From positions 928,001 through 992,000 of the forward strand of contig OZ244650.1 of the NCBI GenBank assembly GCA_965218785.1: a stretch of DNA of 64,000 bases, in the 5' to 3' direction. Position 1 is the first letter of the stretch. Every line of letters starts with the position of its first letter. Source of the DNA: Nitrosopumilus sp. GTDB taxonomy: Archaea > Thermoproteota > Nitrososphaeria > Nitrososphaerales > Nitrosopumilaceae. The notes below the pieces were generated by a model. The model was not told the origin of the DNA. It searched no databases and saw only the letters and a program-made list of their open reading frames with translations. Made by a program: the position numbers and the translations under genes. This document shows, piece by piece, positions 1 to 15,000 of this stretch.

Positions 1-1
1 T

Positions 2-3000
2 ACTGCTGTAGACCCCGGCACATCCCCGCCAGTCATCGTGTCTGCCGTGGCCAATGATGCGACCATGATCGTACTTGCCGCATCCGAACCCCCTGAAGGA
101 ACCGCATCTGTTCAATACGCCGTTACGGCGGATACACCGCCCACTGTTGTCATATCCTCAACTACTGCCTTTGATGAGACCGCCACAAACACCGGCACCC
201 TATCCTACACTGCTGAATTTACAGAGCCCGTGACAGGCTTTGATGTGTCAGACATCCGCGTAACTGGAACGGCATCAGGCGGCTCTCCTATGGCATCAAA
301 CTTTGATGGGACCAGTGATAGATACACCTTTGAGGTGAAAACCACTTCTGATGGAACAGTCCTGCTATCAATTCCCGCAGGTGCGGCAGCAGATGCGGCA
401 AACAACGGCAACAGGGCATCCGGCATATACGTCATTACAGTCGATACTGCCATTCCCGAAATTAACTCAATAGTTCTCACCGATTCTAGTACGGTCGTAC
501 TTGTCGCATCAGAACCCCTCGTAGATGTTCCTGATACCGGCACCTTCCAAGTCTCCGACAACACAGTATTTGGCACCTCACTCTCTGATAGAATCATAAC
601 ACTCACAGTCAATATGCCCATCAAAGCAACCGGGGTCATTAAAGTCACCTACACCGGCTCGAATTTTGCCGATTCTGCGGGAAACCCGCTTGCCGACTTT
701 ACTGACATGTCCGTGATAAACAGCATATCTCAAGTACGGATTGTCCATGCCGCCCTGGATGAAAACAGCGGAATACTTGAGATACGGTTTAGCGGCACCA
801 TCCAGTCTGATGAAGTATCCCCTGAAAAAATCCACATCATAGATTCTGATTCTGCTGCAAACAGCGTAACGCTCTCTGATGGCGAACTTGTCGGAGTGGA
901 TGGGACCGTGGTAACATTCAGACTTGATGAACAGAACAGACAAAACGTAATTCTGTTTGATGTGCCGACCCTTAGTTTTGACTCTGTCGCAATGTCCTTT
1001 ACAGACGGAAAAGAATTCCCCCAGTCCACAGACACATTCAGGGCGGTTCCAGTCACGAGTCTTCCGCTTGAACCATTCCAGTCAGCAGATGACACCATAT
1101 ACAGCATTCCCGGAGTGGAGATAGGCAATAACGGCACAAAAATGTTTATTCTGGAATTAATAGGTTCCGTCTACTTTGTGGAATACGATCTTGCCACTCC
1201 GTTTGATATTTCAACTGCCAGCCGCGTACAATCCGTGTACCTGGGATCCGGTACGGATCTTCATATTTCTCCGAATGGTACAAAATTATTTTTCGCAAAG
1301 GCTACTGACCCAATAACGACATATACGCTTTCCACGCCCTTTAATATTTCCACTGCGACACTATCTGATTCCGCCCAATTTCTATCAGACAATAAATATG
1401 TGAGTGGAATTGACATGACACCAGACGGCACAATGTTGTTCATATATGACGATTTTGCTGATTTAGTATACCAGTACGATCTTGTCACCCCCTTTGATGT
1501 CAGCACGGCCGAAAGTAATGGCACGTTTCTGGTACCTGGAGATTTTACTACACCCATCACTGCCCTGTCAGTATCTGATGACGGCGGACACCTGTTCTTA
1601 CTAGATGTTACACAGGGCATGACCCGATATGCCCTTGCCACGCCATTTGATGTCACTACCGCCCACAGTCCTGAAACAATACTGCCCCCCGTCCGTTTCA
1701 ACTATGGAATTGCGTTATACGATGATGACACAAAGATGATCCTCACATCAGATACGGATCGCAGCATACACCAGTTTGCGCTGTCAGTATACGACCTTGA
1801 GACAACACATGCCGTCATGGACATACCTGTTATCACATCTGTCTTTGCAGCCCCCGGCATCTACGGCATTGGGGATACTGTTGATATTACGGTGCGATAC
1901 TCTGAGGATGTACGTGTAACTGGAATACCCAAGATGGGAATCAGCATCGGGGATCAAATCATACAGCTTGATTACAGCCCCGCCCCGCCCTCCTCTGATC
2001 TTCTCTTTCAGTATGTTGTACGGGAGGGAGATAATGTCAATCCGCTGGACCATGCCGGAACAGAGTTGATACTCCCGGATGATGGCGCATTCCTCGTCTC
2101 CTTTGAGCATGGCGTGGAAACCTTCAACGCGCTTCCAGAGCCCGGCTCTGCCGCATCCCTTGCAACCTCTAACGTGGTACTTGACGGCGTGAGACCCACA
2201 CCCCACCAGTATCCGGAGATATCAGTTGATACCATAACAGTACAACTGACTGAGCAGATCAGCCTCGCCGGTTCTCCTGCCTTTAACTTTGCCATACGCG
2301 GTCTTGAATCCAATCCAACTGTCAGATCAGTTAGCATGTCTGGTACGAATGCCACGCTGACCCTCTCCGGACCTATCATGTTACACCAGGCCCCTACCCT
2401 CTCATACGTGCCATCAAACGTGGGCTCCATATCTGACCCTGCCGGAAACACCTTACTTGGCTTTACCATGCCGTTGTCGCATCAAGGCTCAGTTGATCTT
2501 GTCTCGTTATTCATGGATGAGGATAACAAATGGATAGAGGCAAAATTTGACAGCATTATAGACGTATCCACCATAGCACCTGCAAACATGCGGATTATTC
2601 CATCAGGCTCGGCGGACATACTGCTTGCTGATGACGCTCTTTTAACCGTGTCTGATTCAGATACGATACGACTACAACTGACAGACGCGCAGATAAACAC
2701 GATAAGACTTGCAACGCGCACCACCCTCCATTTTGACTCTGTTGCGATGCATGATGTGGCAGGCGATCCCTTCCCCACGCCGTTCCACGTGGTATCGCCT
2801 GTGAATGCCGGCTCTGTCGAATTTCCAGCAGTTGGAAACCCGACCGGACTGGCATTCTCCAATGACGGGCGCAAGATATTCCTATCTGATGGCGGCTCAC
2901 ACATCATATCAGAGTATTCGCTGCCCGTCCCCTTTGTCCTGACACAGGCGACGTTTGTGAGCTCACTTGATGTGGACTCTTATGCCGGCGATAACTACCA

Positions 3001-6000
3001 GGTCGTCTTTTCTGATGACGGGCTCAAGATGTTTGTTTCAGCACGCTTTGGCGGCATTGTCGAGCATTCGCTATCCGCACCGTTTACACTATCAACTGCC
3101 ACGTTTGTACGCGAGTCTGCTGGAATCATATCTGATACCACTACGGCCTCTGAAGGACTGACATTCTCCGGTGACGGCAGCAGCATGCTTGTAACAACTG
3201 ACCGTGACGGTATTGTTATGGGCCAGTTTGACCTTCCAGTACAGTTTGATCTGGCCGCATTTAATCGCGGCTTCCTCCTGGATCTGAGTGAGGATATCAC
3301 AAGCCCGGTACAGGTGATAATATCCGATGATGAAAACAGGGTGCTCATTTTGGACTCTAGTAATGACACAGTTCACACATACAACAACCAGAGGCCCGAC
3401 ATACCATTTGATATACAGAATCTGATTCATGCCGGAACTGCCACGCTGGAGGGGACGGATATAGATCCCAGGACAATGACGTTCTCCGGTGACGGTCTTG
3501 ATCTGTTTGTAGGGGATGTCTTCGGCGATGGGAAGGTAAGGCAGTACTCCCTTGCCACATTCGAATTATACGTGGATCCCGTGTGTGCAGGAGACCAGAC
3601 AGTCGTTGGCGGTGTATGTGTAGACCCCGTATGCGTCGGTGACCAGGTCCTGACCGGCGGTGTATGTGTAGAGCCCACATGCATCGGTGACCAGGTCTTG
3701 ACTGGCGGCATGTGCGTGGAACCAACATGTATCGGTAATCAAGTTTTAACTGGCGGCATGTGCGTGGACCCGACATGTTCTGCATCATCCATCCTGGCTG
3801 CCGGCATCTGCCGGGATGAAGTCGATGACTATCTGCGTCTGGCATCATTTGATCCGAATTCGGGAACATTCTCCCTCACCTTTGAAATTGTCATCGATAA
3901 TGACACCATTGATCCTGCAAAATTCCAGATCCGAGAATATGATACTGTCTCGGGGGTGACCCTCTCCGCTGCCGAGCTTGTCACATCTGTTGATTCCAGA
4001 GAGCTGATCTTTACGCTGACTGATACAAACAGGCAGACCGTATCGGGGTATCTCAGACCGACTGTATTCCTTGAAACATCTGCAGTAACTGATGCCAATG
4101 GAAATACATTTCCGACATCCAGTGACATTAGCAACGCGGTGGAGCTAAAGATACTCTCACTTGATACCATACTTGGCGAACTGCCGGTGTTTGGGGACAT
4201 TGAGTTCTCCTTTGATGGAAATACTTTGTACATCGTTGAGAGATACAACACGATAGAGACGAGAGAGATGAGAGACCAGCTGTCCCAGTTCTCGCTGGAC
4301 GCACCGTTTGATGTTGAAGATCCGACTGAGATGGGAACCACCTCGCTTGAGGCCCAGAACAGATTTCTGCGCGATATAGAGCTATCCAATGACGGAACAA
4401 GCATGTTCATACTAGATGATGAGAACGGCATATACGAGTATTCACTGTCTACACCCTTTGACACGTCCTCGCCGACCCATGTGAGGACGTTTGCAGCAGG
4501 TGCCAGTTTACAGACTCCGCGCGGAATGGATTTTTCTGCTGACGGCATGGATTTGTTTGTAATTGAGGCCAGATCAGACATTGTAACGCATTACTCGTTG
4601 ACTGCCCCCTTTGACATACGGTCACCAACCGAGGTCAGCAATTACTCCATAGCAGACAGGGAGAGTAAACCGCTAGATGTAGAGATCTCCGAGGATGGAC
4701 GAGAGATGTTTGTGCTGGGATCACAGGCCAACAGCGTAATCCAGTATGGCATGTCCGCCCCCCTTGATCTTAGCACTGTCACATATAGGCATTCTTTAAC
4801 TCCACACCCCTTTGACGTACTGTCCCGCGGAATAGAGTTCTCCCCTTCCGGTGACAGAATGTACTATCTGGGAGACGCACTTAACAATCTGCACCAGTAC
4901 TCCCTCAACACGTTTGATATTGGAGTTTGCGAGGGATCCCAGACAATCGTTGACGGGATATGCATGGATCCCACGTGTACCGGAGACCAGACCATTGCAG
5001 GCGGCATGTGCGTGGACCCCGTGTGTGCCGGAAACCAGATGGTCCTTGACGGGGTATGCATGGATCCGACATGTATCGGGGATCAGATGACCATCGGCGG
5101 CATGTGCGTGGACCCCGTGTGCATCGGGGATCAGAGCGTCGTTGAAGGGATGTGCATGGATCCCGTGTGCCCTGCAAACGAACACGGGATTGGAGGAGTA
5201 TGTATCAGCATTGAGATCGTTTTGGATTCTGTGACCCTGAACTATTCCACGGGGAGGATGTTTATGATATTTAGCGATATAATCGATCATGCCAGCATCA
5301 CCCCTGCAAAAATCCACATTATGGGTACGGGCGGCGATTCTGAGGATATCGCACTCTCTGCAGCAGAGCTAGTCGTCTCCTCTGACTCGTCCGTGGTAAT
5401 ATTTGATCTCTCGGATCAAAACCGGCAAAAGGTCGCGTCATTTGTGAATCCCGCCGTCCACTTTGATATACACTCGCTCTCGAGTCTGGACCGTAAAATG
5501 TTCCCCGTCGCATTTGAGCTGTCTGAGCTGTCCCTTGCAGACTCTGTTGATATTGATGATCCTGACGATCCTGACCGGTCTGCGTTAACTCTGGGGGATG
5601 CGACATTCTCTAATGACGGCAGTACCATGTTTGTAACGCAGACAGATGATTACAAGATATACCAGTATGCGCTCTCCGTACCATTTGATGTTGGCACCTC
5701 CATGCTTGTATCATCCTTTGTATTTTCAAACAGTTTGACACCAGAAGCAGTGGACTTTGATGATGACGGTACAACGATGTTTGTGCTGCAGACAGATTCT
5801 GGCACGGCGACTGCAGGCGTATACCCGTACACCCTGTCTACCCCGTTTGACATATCTACAATAGAATCCCCCCTCGTAAACCCGAGCGGATTCTCAGTAT
5901 CTGACCAAAGCAGCTCTGCCACGGGCCTGGCGTTTTCAGGTAACGGAACTGGCATGTTTGTAGTGGGGACCGGTGATGGAAAAATATACTGGTACTCGTT

Positions 6001-9000
6001 GACTGCACCCTTTGACATATCCACACCGATGTTTGCAGGCAGTTCCGCTGCACCCTTTGATGGCGGTGTCGATATCACGGGCCTGGAATTCTCTGATGAT
6101 GGAAATACAGTGTTTGTAGCAGACTCTGATAATGACGAGATAGACCTGTATGCCCTGACTGCACCCTTTGACATATCCGCACCGGTGTACCTGCGTTCCC
6201 TGGGCATCTCAGAGGATGACACCCCGGCAGACGTTTATTTTTCCACGGATGCCAGCGCCCTGTTTGTAACAGGCTCCCAAACTGACAGGGTATACCGGTA
6301 TGATCTGAGTGTTTCATATGACGTGCCTGGCTGCGGAGAGGATAGTTCATGTACTGGTTCATCCCTTGATATCCTCTCTGCAGTATGGCGGGATCCCGAC
6401 GAGTCTGATACTGTCTTATCAGACGGCGATGAGCTGAGCATCACGTTTAACCAGGTTACTGACATGGCGGGATCTCAGGTGCTCTCAAAGTCAGTCCTTG
6501 ATGCAATCTTTGAGTTTGGGGGGACGCTTGGGGCAGATTACACCGGCGTGTGGTCTGATGCCAGAACGCTTGTAATTACCGTAATTGACTCGACTGGCGG
6601 TGATGCGGCGGTGGGTGATACCATCTCGCCGTTTAGGGGGACGGCATTCATATACAGCCTTGATACTGCGGGCGGAACCGCATTTTTCCGTCCTGCCGAA
6701 GTTGCAACAAACTCCACGGGGCACATCTTTGTTGCAGACTTGAACAACGTCCAGATATTTGATCCGGATGGAACGTATGCCGGAGCACTTGACACCGCGG
6801 GCGGAACCGCATTTTCACGTCTTGCCGGCATTGCAACAAACTCCACGGGGCACATCTTTGTAGCTGATGACGGACTCAACCTGGTCCGGATATTTGATCC
6901 CGATGGAACGTATGCGGGAGCCCTTGACACCGCGGGCGGTCAGACGTTCAGGGTGCCTGCAGCCGTTGCAGTGGGACCCGATGACAGGATCTACGTCAGC
7001 GATACTGACGCTAGCAACGTAGACAAGCGAGACCGGCGCAACGTCCAGATATTTGATCCGGACGGAACGTATGCCGGAAGACTTGCCACCACTGTCAGCA
7101 CAGAATTTGACACACCCCTGTCTGTTGCAACAAACTCCACGGGGTACGTCTTTGTGGCAGACAGTGGCAATGATGATATCCGCATATTCCATCCGGACGG
7201 GAGAAACATTGCCAATATAGACGCAACCGGCCAGAGCGGCTCCTCAAGTCCTATTGCAGTCGCCACAAACTCCACGGGGCACATCTTTGTATCATTTGCA
7301 AACGTTGGTGCTGCTGCTGACAGCATCGAGATATACACGGGCTCTGGCGTGTACATCGAGGATCTGCCCCTGAGAAACGTGGATTTTGGACGGGCGTCGG
7401 GGATTGCAGTGAACCCCGATGATCGGCTGATCATCGTTGATTCCCAAAACAACGAGGTGTATGTCTTTGGCCATCAGATAATATACTCTGATACGGGACT
7501 GCAGCAGTTCGCCTCTGACGCAGATACCTCCGGCAACTTTGGAATACTTCGCCCGACTGTATCTGTAACATCCGATGTACTCCCGGGTGCTACTACCGCA
7601 CTTGACACGGTAGGATTCACCGTGGTATTCAGCGAGGAGGTTACCGGATTTGATGCGTTAGATATAGCAGTAACTGGTATGGCGCAGGCCGCAGTCGTTC
7701 CATCAAGCTTTGATGGTGCTGCCAACCCGACATTCACCTTTGACGTGCTGGCAACTGCTGACGGGGAGATGACAGTCTCTGTTCTGCCGCTTGCTGCAAG
7801 TGCGACTAGCTCCGGCAATGCCAACCTTGCATCAAACGATTATACCATAACCGTAAACACGTCTGACCCAACTGTAACCATATCCTCCTCTACCCGGGAC
7901 GGCTCTGTTATACCATCAAACCTTGTCTCCTACAGGGTCACCTTCAGCGAGGAGGTCACCGGATTTGATGCCGAAAACGTTGCAATAACCGGAGGCGCGC
8001 AGGCAAAAGTTGTATTATCAAGCTTTGATGGTACTGCCAACCCGGTATTCACCTTTGATGTACTGGTGTCTGCTGATGGGGTGATGACTCTGTCAATACC
8101 TGCAAATGTTGCAACTGCCGCTGCCACAGGTCGCACCAATGTCGCATCAGCCGAGTACACCGTAACAATAATCACGTCAAACCCGACTGTGACGGTATCC
8201 TCAGTCGTTGACAGCGGGGCTAGTACCAACCTGCGCCAAATACTGTACACTGTGACATTCAGCGAGGAGGTCGCCGGATTTACAGCATCAGACGTTGTAG
8301 TAACCGGTTCGGCAGGAGCCACAGTTGACGGGTCAAGCTTTTTTGATGCGCTCAACCCCGTATTCACCTTTAACGTACTGGCAACTGCAAGCGGACAGGT
8401 AACAGTGTCGATTCCGTCTGGCGCTGTAAATGCAGCAGTCTCCGGCAATGCCAACACCGCGTCAGCTGAGCATTCCATAACAGTCGACCTGACAAACCCG
8501 ACTGTGACGGTATCCTCAGTCGTTGATAACGGGGCAAGTACCAACCTGCGCCAAATACCGTACACCGTGAGATTCAACGAGGCAGTTACCGGATTTGCAG
8601 CATCAGATGTGGCAATAACTGGCACGGCGCAGGCAGTCGTTAACGAGTCAAGCTTTGATGGTACTGCCAACCCGTCATTCACCTTTGATGTGACGGTATC
8701 TTCAGACGGGCAACTAACAGTATCCATACCTGAAGGCGCTGCAAACGAATCCGACTCTGGCAATCCCAACATTGCGTCAGCCGAGCATACGATAACTGTG
8801 GATACGTCCGGCCCGACTGCAACGGTATCCTCAGTCGTTGACAGCGGGGCAAGTACCAACCTGCGCCAAATACCCTATACTGTGATCTTTGGCGAGGCAG
8901 TTACCGGATTTGAAGCATCTGATGTCACGGTAACTGGAACTGCAACTGAAACCGGCGGCTTCATTGTGTCGCACTTTACATCTGTTGGCGGCTCCGTGTA

Positions 9001-12000
9001 TACATTTGATGTTGAAATTATCAGTAATGGAACTGTATCAGTATCCGTTGCTGGGAATGAGGTGGTAAACCTGGCAGGCAACGGCAATACTCACTCTAAC
9101 ACGCACACAGTTACAGTTGACACGGTACCAGTCAAGATACTCTCTGCAGTATGGATGGATCCCGACGACCTTGACTTTGTCTTGTCTGACGGTGATGAAC
9201 TTAGCATCACCTTTGATCATGTTACTGACATGGCAGGACTTTCGGTGCTGACAAAGCACGAGATAAATTCCATCTTTGAGTTTGGGGGGACGCTTGGAGC
9301 CAACTATACCGGTGTGTGGTCTGATGATGCCAGAACGCTTGTAATTACCGTAATTGACTCGACTGGCGCTGATGCTGAGATCGGCGATACTGTCTCGCCG
9401 TTTAGGGGAACCACCTACATACGCAGCCTTGATACCACGGGCGGAACAGCATTTTCGCTGCCTGCCGGAGTTGCAACAAACTCCACCGGATACTCCTTTG
9501 TTGTAGATTTTACCAACCGCAACGTCCAGATATTTGATCCCGATGGAACGTATGCCGGACTCCTTTACACCGCAGGCACAGGCGAAGTTCCACGTCTTGC
9601 CGGCATTGCAACAAACTCCACGGGGCACATCTTTGTAGCTGATGACGGACTCAACCTGGTCCGGATATTTGATCCCGATGGAACGTATGCGGGAGCAGTC
9701 CTTGACACCGCGGGCGGTCAGACGTTCAGGGAGCCTGCAGCCGTTGCAGTAGGACCTGATGACAGGATCTACGTCAGCGATACTGACGCTAACAACGTAG
9801 ACAAGCGAGACCGGCGCAACGTCCAGATATTCCATCCGGATGGAACGTATGCCGGAAGACTTGCCACCACCGTCGTCACCGAATTTGATGATCCCGTATC
9901 CGTTGCAACAAACTCCACGGGATTCGTCTTTGTGGCAGACGCCGGCAATGATAACATCAGGATATTTCATCCGGACGGAGGGGTAAACATTGCCAGTATA
10001 GACACGACAGGCCCGAATGCCTCTTCTAGTCTGAGGGCGGTCCTCACAAACTCCACGGGGCACATCTTTGCGGCATACAGCGGCGGCGGCGGCGACAATG
10101 CTGATATCATCCAGATATACACGGGTTCCGGCGCATACATCGGGGATCTGCCTTCCGGGGATGTGGGCTTTGGAAACGTGCTGGGGCTTGCAGCGACTGG
10201 TAATGACCAGTTGATCATATCTGATGCCCAAGCTGATGCCGTGTATGTCTTTGGCCATCAGGTGCTGTACTCTGATACTGGATTACGGCAGTTTGCGTCT
10301 GCCACAGATACCTCCGGCAACTTTGGAACGCAGCCAGTCGTGACTGGCATATCTGCAACGGATGGCATCTACACCACGGGCCAGGTCATTGCAATTACCA
10401 TGATATTTAGCGAATCAGTAACCGTATCTGATAAACCGCAGTTATTCCTGGAGACTGGTGACACTGATGCAACAGCAGTCTATGACTCCGACTCGTCGTC
10501 TGGAACCAAACTGGTATTCCAGTATACGGTTGCAGCAGGGGATAATTCCGCTGATCTCAACTATGTCGATGCAGACCCATTTACACTAAACGGCGGAAGC
10601 ATCATTGCCAATGATCGAGGCAGGCCTGCAAGTCTGCAACTTCCTGCAACCACTCTGGATGACTCACTTGCCGGCAGCTCTGATGTAGTGGTGGACACTA
10701 TGGCACCTGCCGTCAAGTCTGCTGCAACCACCGGTCCGACCACGATTGTAGTTGTGGCAGACGAACCCCTTGAAGGAACTACGACTGCCGGTCACTTTGG
10801 CGTTTCTGCCAACACCGTATCTGAGGCACCTGTGATATCTGGCCGCAGTATAATTATAACTGTGGATGATGCAATAGTGCCCGGAACCCCACTCACTGTG
10901 ACGTACATGGGTGGCGGCATAACTGATGTCGCAGGAAACGCACTTGGAACATTTACATCCCAGTCCGTGACAAACATCGTGGGGACCACAGCCCATACCA
11001 TATCCCAGATAGGCTCTGTCGAACTTCAAGGTAACAGTTACCGGCACAACCTGACACATCTCACCGGCAGCTATTACGTCTCCTCACATACTGCAGTCAC
11101 GCCTAATGACGATTCGTCCCTCTGGAATTATGACACGGTCCTCAGACTGTACAGTATTACTGATGGGGATATCTCACTGATTGGAAGTACGACAATCCAG
11201 GTCAACACCCAGGATAAAACCACGCAGATTCACGAATTTAACACTGAACCTAGTTCCACTGCCGTTATACGCGTAGATGATGACACCATCATAGTTTCAT
11301 ATGTGGATGGTGATTCGGCAAGCAAGATTGCAACGTATAACGTTGATACCGGTTCTGCTGCTACTACTACCACTAGCCCCTTTACCGTTCATAACACCAT
11401 CAACCTTCGATCAGGCACTGATGGCGGGCAGACACACAACCACTCTATGCTAGCACTTGATGCAAACAGGATGGTAGTTGCGTATTCGTATCCGGACAGC
11501 TCTCCTGCCGGCTATATGCAGGTTATCACTGTTAATCCCAGCAAGAACCTGATTGGCGGCCCCCTTGAAACAGTTACGCCCGATAATGGACAGTACATCT
11601 CCATGGCAAAACTCAATGATAACACGGTGGTAGTTACGTACCGGGGTGAATCTGAGATGGGATTCATCCGGACGTTTGATATTTCAAACAGCAGTGCCAT
11701 TACTGCCGGAACCGACTATCCGATCGAGGATGCAAGAACGGCGTACTACTCCCTTGTCCGGGTCGATGATGATACAGTGGCAGTAGCATACTCTGTGATT
11801 GGTGATGACACACCCACGCCTGACAGGCACGGACGGATCAAGGTCTTTGATGTTGATGCCTCAAACGTTGACATTCCCGGAGTGGGCGGTCCGACATATT
11901 ATAACGCCGCAGCAGATGCGGCATTTGAAGAGCAGGTGCATCTCAACTCGCTTGCACTGCTGGATTCTGACACGCTGGCCATTGCATACCGGGGGGCATC

Positions 12001-15000
12001 AGGTGACGGCTTTGTCCGGCTGTATGGTATAGATCACATGACAGGCAGTCTGACTATTACCGGCGAGCCGTTTGAGCATGACCAGGCAGACGGCGCATTC
12101 AACTCGCTTGTCAGAGTCGATGAGAACACACTGGCCCTGGTGTACGGCGGGGATCTTCCATCCGTTATACAGGATTCCACTGCAACTTCCAGCAGAATCA
12201 AGACGCTCTCCGTCGTGCTCCAGGATACGGTTCCGCCAACCATTGAATCCGCTGTAACCACCGATGCTAATACGATCGTACTAACTGCATCAGAACCGCT
12301 TGCAGGAACTGCCGATGCGACAGACTTTGAAGTATCTGGCAGTAATGCCATTGCTGGCAATCCCGTGATATCTGGCAGCAGCATAACGCTGAGAGTCGGT
12401 ACTGCAATAGTGCCCGGCGCCGCATTCACCGTGGAATACTCTGGCACTCCCATAACTGATGCTGCAGGAAACATACTTGTGACGTTTGACCCCATGTCCG
12501 TGACAAACAACGTGGGGGCAGCAATTCATACCATATCCCAGACACGCCCTGTCGACCTTCCAAATAACGGGTACCGCCACAACCTGATACATCTTGCCGG
12601 CAACTATTACGTCTCATCACACACTGTAACCACGCATGATGTCGATGTATCTGTGGATTTTAATGCCATCACCACCCTCAGACTATACAGTATTACTAGT
12701 GAGAATATCAGACTGATTGGCAGTGAGATTGTACGAATCAACAACCAGCCTGTAAACACGCCGATTCATGAATTTGATACCCATCCGACTTCTACTGCCA
12801 TTACCCGAGTGGATGATGACACCATTGCAATTTCATATGTGGGTGCCACCCGGACTAGTAACGTTCGAACATATGATGTTGATACCGGTTCTGACAGCAG
12901 CAGCCCCTTTACTCATTCTAGCCTGGTCTCCTTTCTCTCAGATGATGATGGCAGTCAAACACATAACCACTCCCTGATAACACTTGATGCAAACAGGCTG
13001 GTACTTGCGTATTCGTATCCGGACAGTTCACCTGCCGGCTATATCCGGATTATTACAGTTGATCCTGACAGCGGCGTTCTGCGTGCGCAGCCTAGTACGA
13101 CAATTACCGCAGATCAGGGACAGTACCCATCTTTGGTAAGGCTCGATGATGACACGGTGGTACTTGCGTACCGGGGCGTATCTGAAAAGGGGTTCATCCA
13201 GACATTTGATGTTTCAGCCGACAGTGACATTACTGCCGGAACCGCCCTTGAGCACGAGCCTGCAAGAACTGCGTACAACTCGCTTATCCGGGTCGATGAT
13301 GATACGGTGGCAGTAGCATACTCTACTATTGGTGATGCCGCATCCACATCTGACGGGCAGGGTATTATCAAGGTCTTTGATGTCGACGCTATGGGTGTCG
13401 TTACTGCAGAGGGCGATCGTACGCTGTATTATGGTGCCGCAGCAGATGCGGCATTTGAAGAACAGGTGCATCTCAACTCGCTGGTCCTGCTGGATTCTGA
13501 TACAATGGCAATTACGTATAGGGGAGCAGACGGCGACGGCTTTATCCGGCTGTATGGTATAGATCACCTGACTGGCAGTCTGACTACTGATGGCGGGCCG
13601 TTTGAGCATGACCCGGCATACGGCGCATTCAACTCGCTTGTCAGAGTCGATGATCAGACGCTGGCCATGGTGTACGGCGGGGATATGCCGGGCGCCATAC
13701 TGGATTCAACTGCAACCCCCAACAGAATCAAGACGATTGCCGCTACTGCTCCGGATACAACACCGCCAGTCATCATTACCGCAACTGACACACCTGCCAT
13801 ATCTGATGGATCAGACATCCAGACCCTGGGTGCCATCACCGCATCTGACTCTCCGGTACTAACTGACACCGCATCACTGAACATCCCCATTACCGCAACT
13901 GACACACCTGCCATATCTGATGAATCAGATATCCAGATCATGGGTGCCATCACAGTATCTGACTCTCCGGTACTATCTGACACCGCATCACTGAACATCT
14001 CCATTACCGCAACTGATGCACCTGCCATATCTGATGAATCAGACATCCAGACCCTGGGTGCTCTTATCGAATCCGACACTCCGGTCATAACCGATTCAGC
14101 ATCACTGAACATCCCCATTACCGCAACTGATGCACCTGCCATATCTGACGAACCGGACATTTCTGACATCAATGCGCCAACTGTAGTCGGCGTATCTGCA
14201 ACATCTAATTCATACAAAGAAGATGATGAAATTGAAATCATAGTAACGTTTGACCAGTCAGTAACGGTATCTGGTGGCACCCTGCAACTGTTACTGGATA
14301 TTGGCACCACTGATAACGTGGCAGTCTATACCTCCGGCTCGCCTGGAGACGAACTGACATTCACATATACCGTTGCTGCAACACACAACACTGATGCTCT
14401 CAACTATGTCGGTACGGACTCGCTATCTATAACTGGTGGTGGAACCGTTACTGCCACCACTGCTGGCGATGCTACTGCATATCTGAGACTTCCTGCCACC
14501 ACTGATGATGCATCACTTGGCGGCTCTGATGTAATAGTGGATACTGTGGCACCCACTGTAACCATAGTTAACGATCAAACCGCTGCTGATGGTGATGCTT
14601 CCACCACCCGCACCCTTACCTACACTGCCACCTTCAGTGAGCCCGTGGAAGACTTTGATGCCATAACTGATATCACAGTATCTGGAGCTGCAACTGCAGC
14701 TGATGCTGCACCTGCCGGATCCGATGACACGTACACCTTTACTGTAACTGCCCCAGCCGATGGTACAGTCGTTGTATCAATTCCTGTAGGTGCGGCATCA
14801 GATATGGCACGCAACGGCAACGTGGCATCAGCCCCATACACTGTCACATTGGATATCGCCGTACCGATTGCCGTTTTTGTTAATTCGCTTGGCAGTTCCA
14901 GTTCGGGCACAGACAACGGCCAGTTTGACACTCCATACGGAGTCGCAGTAAACTCTGCGCAGATATCAGTCGTGGAATTTGGCAATTCAAGGGTGCAGAC

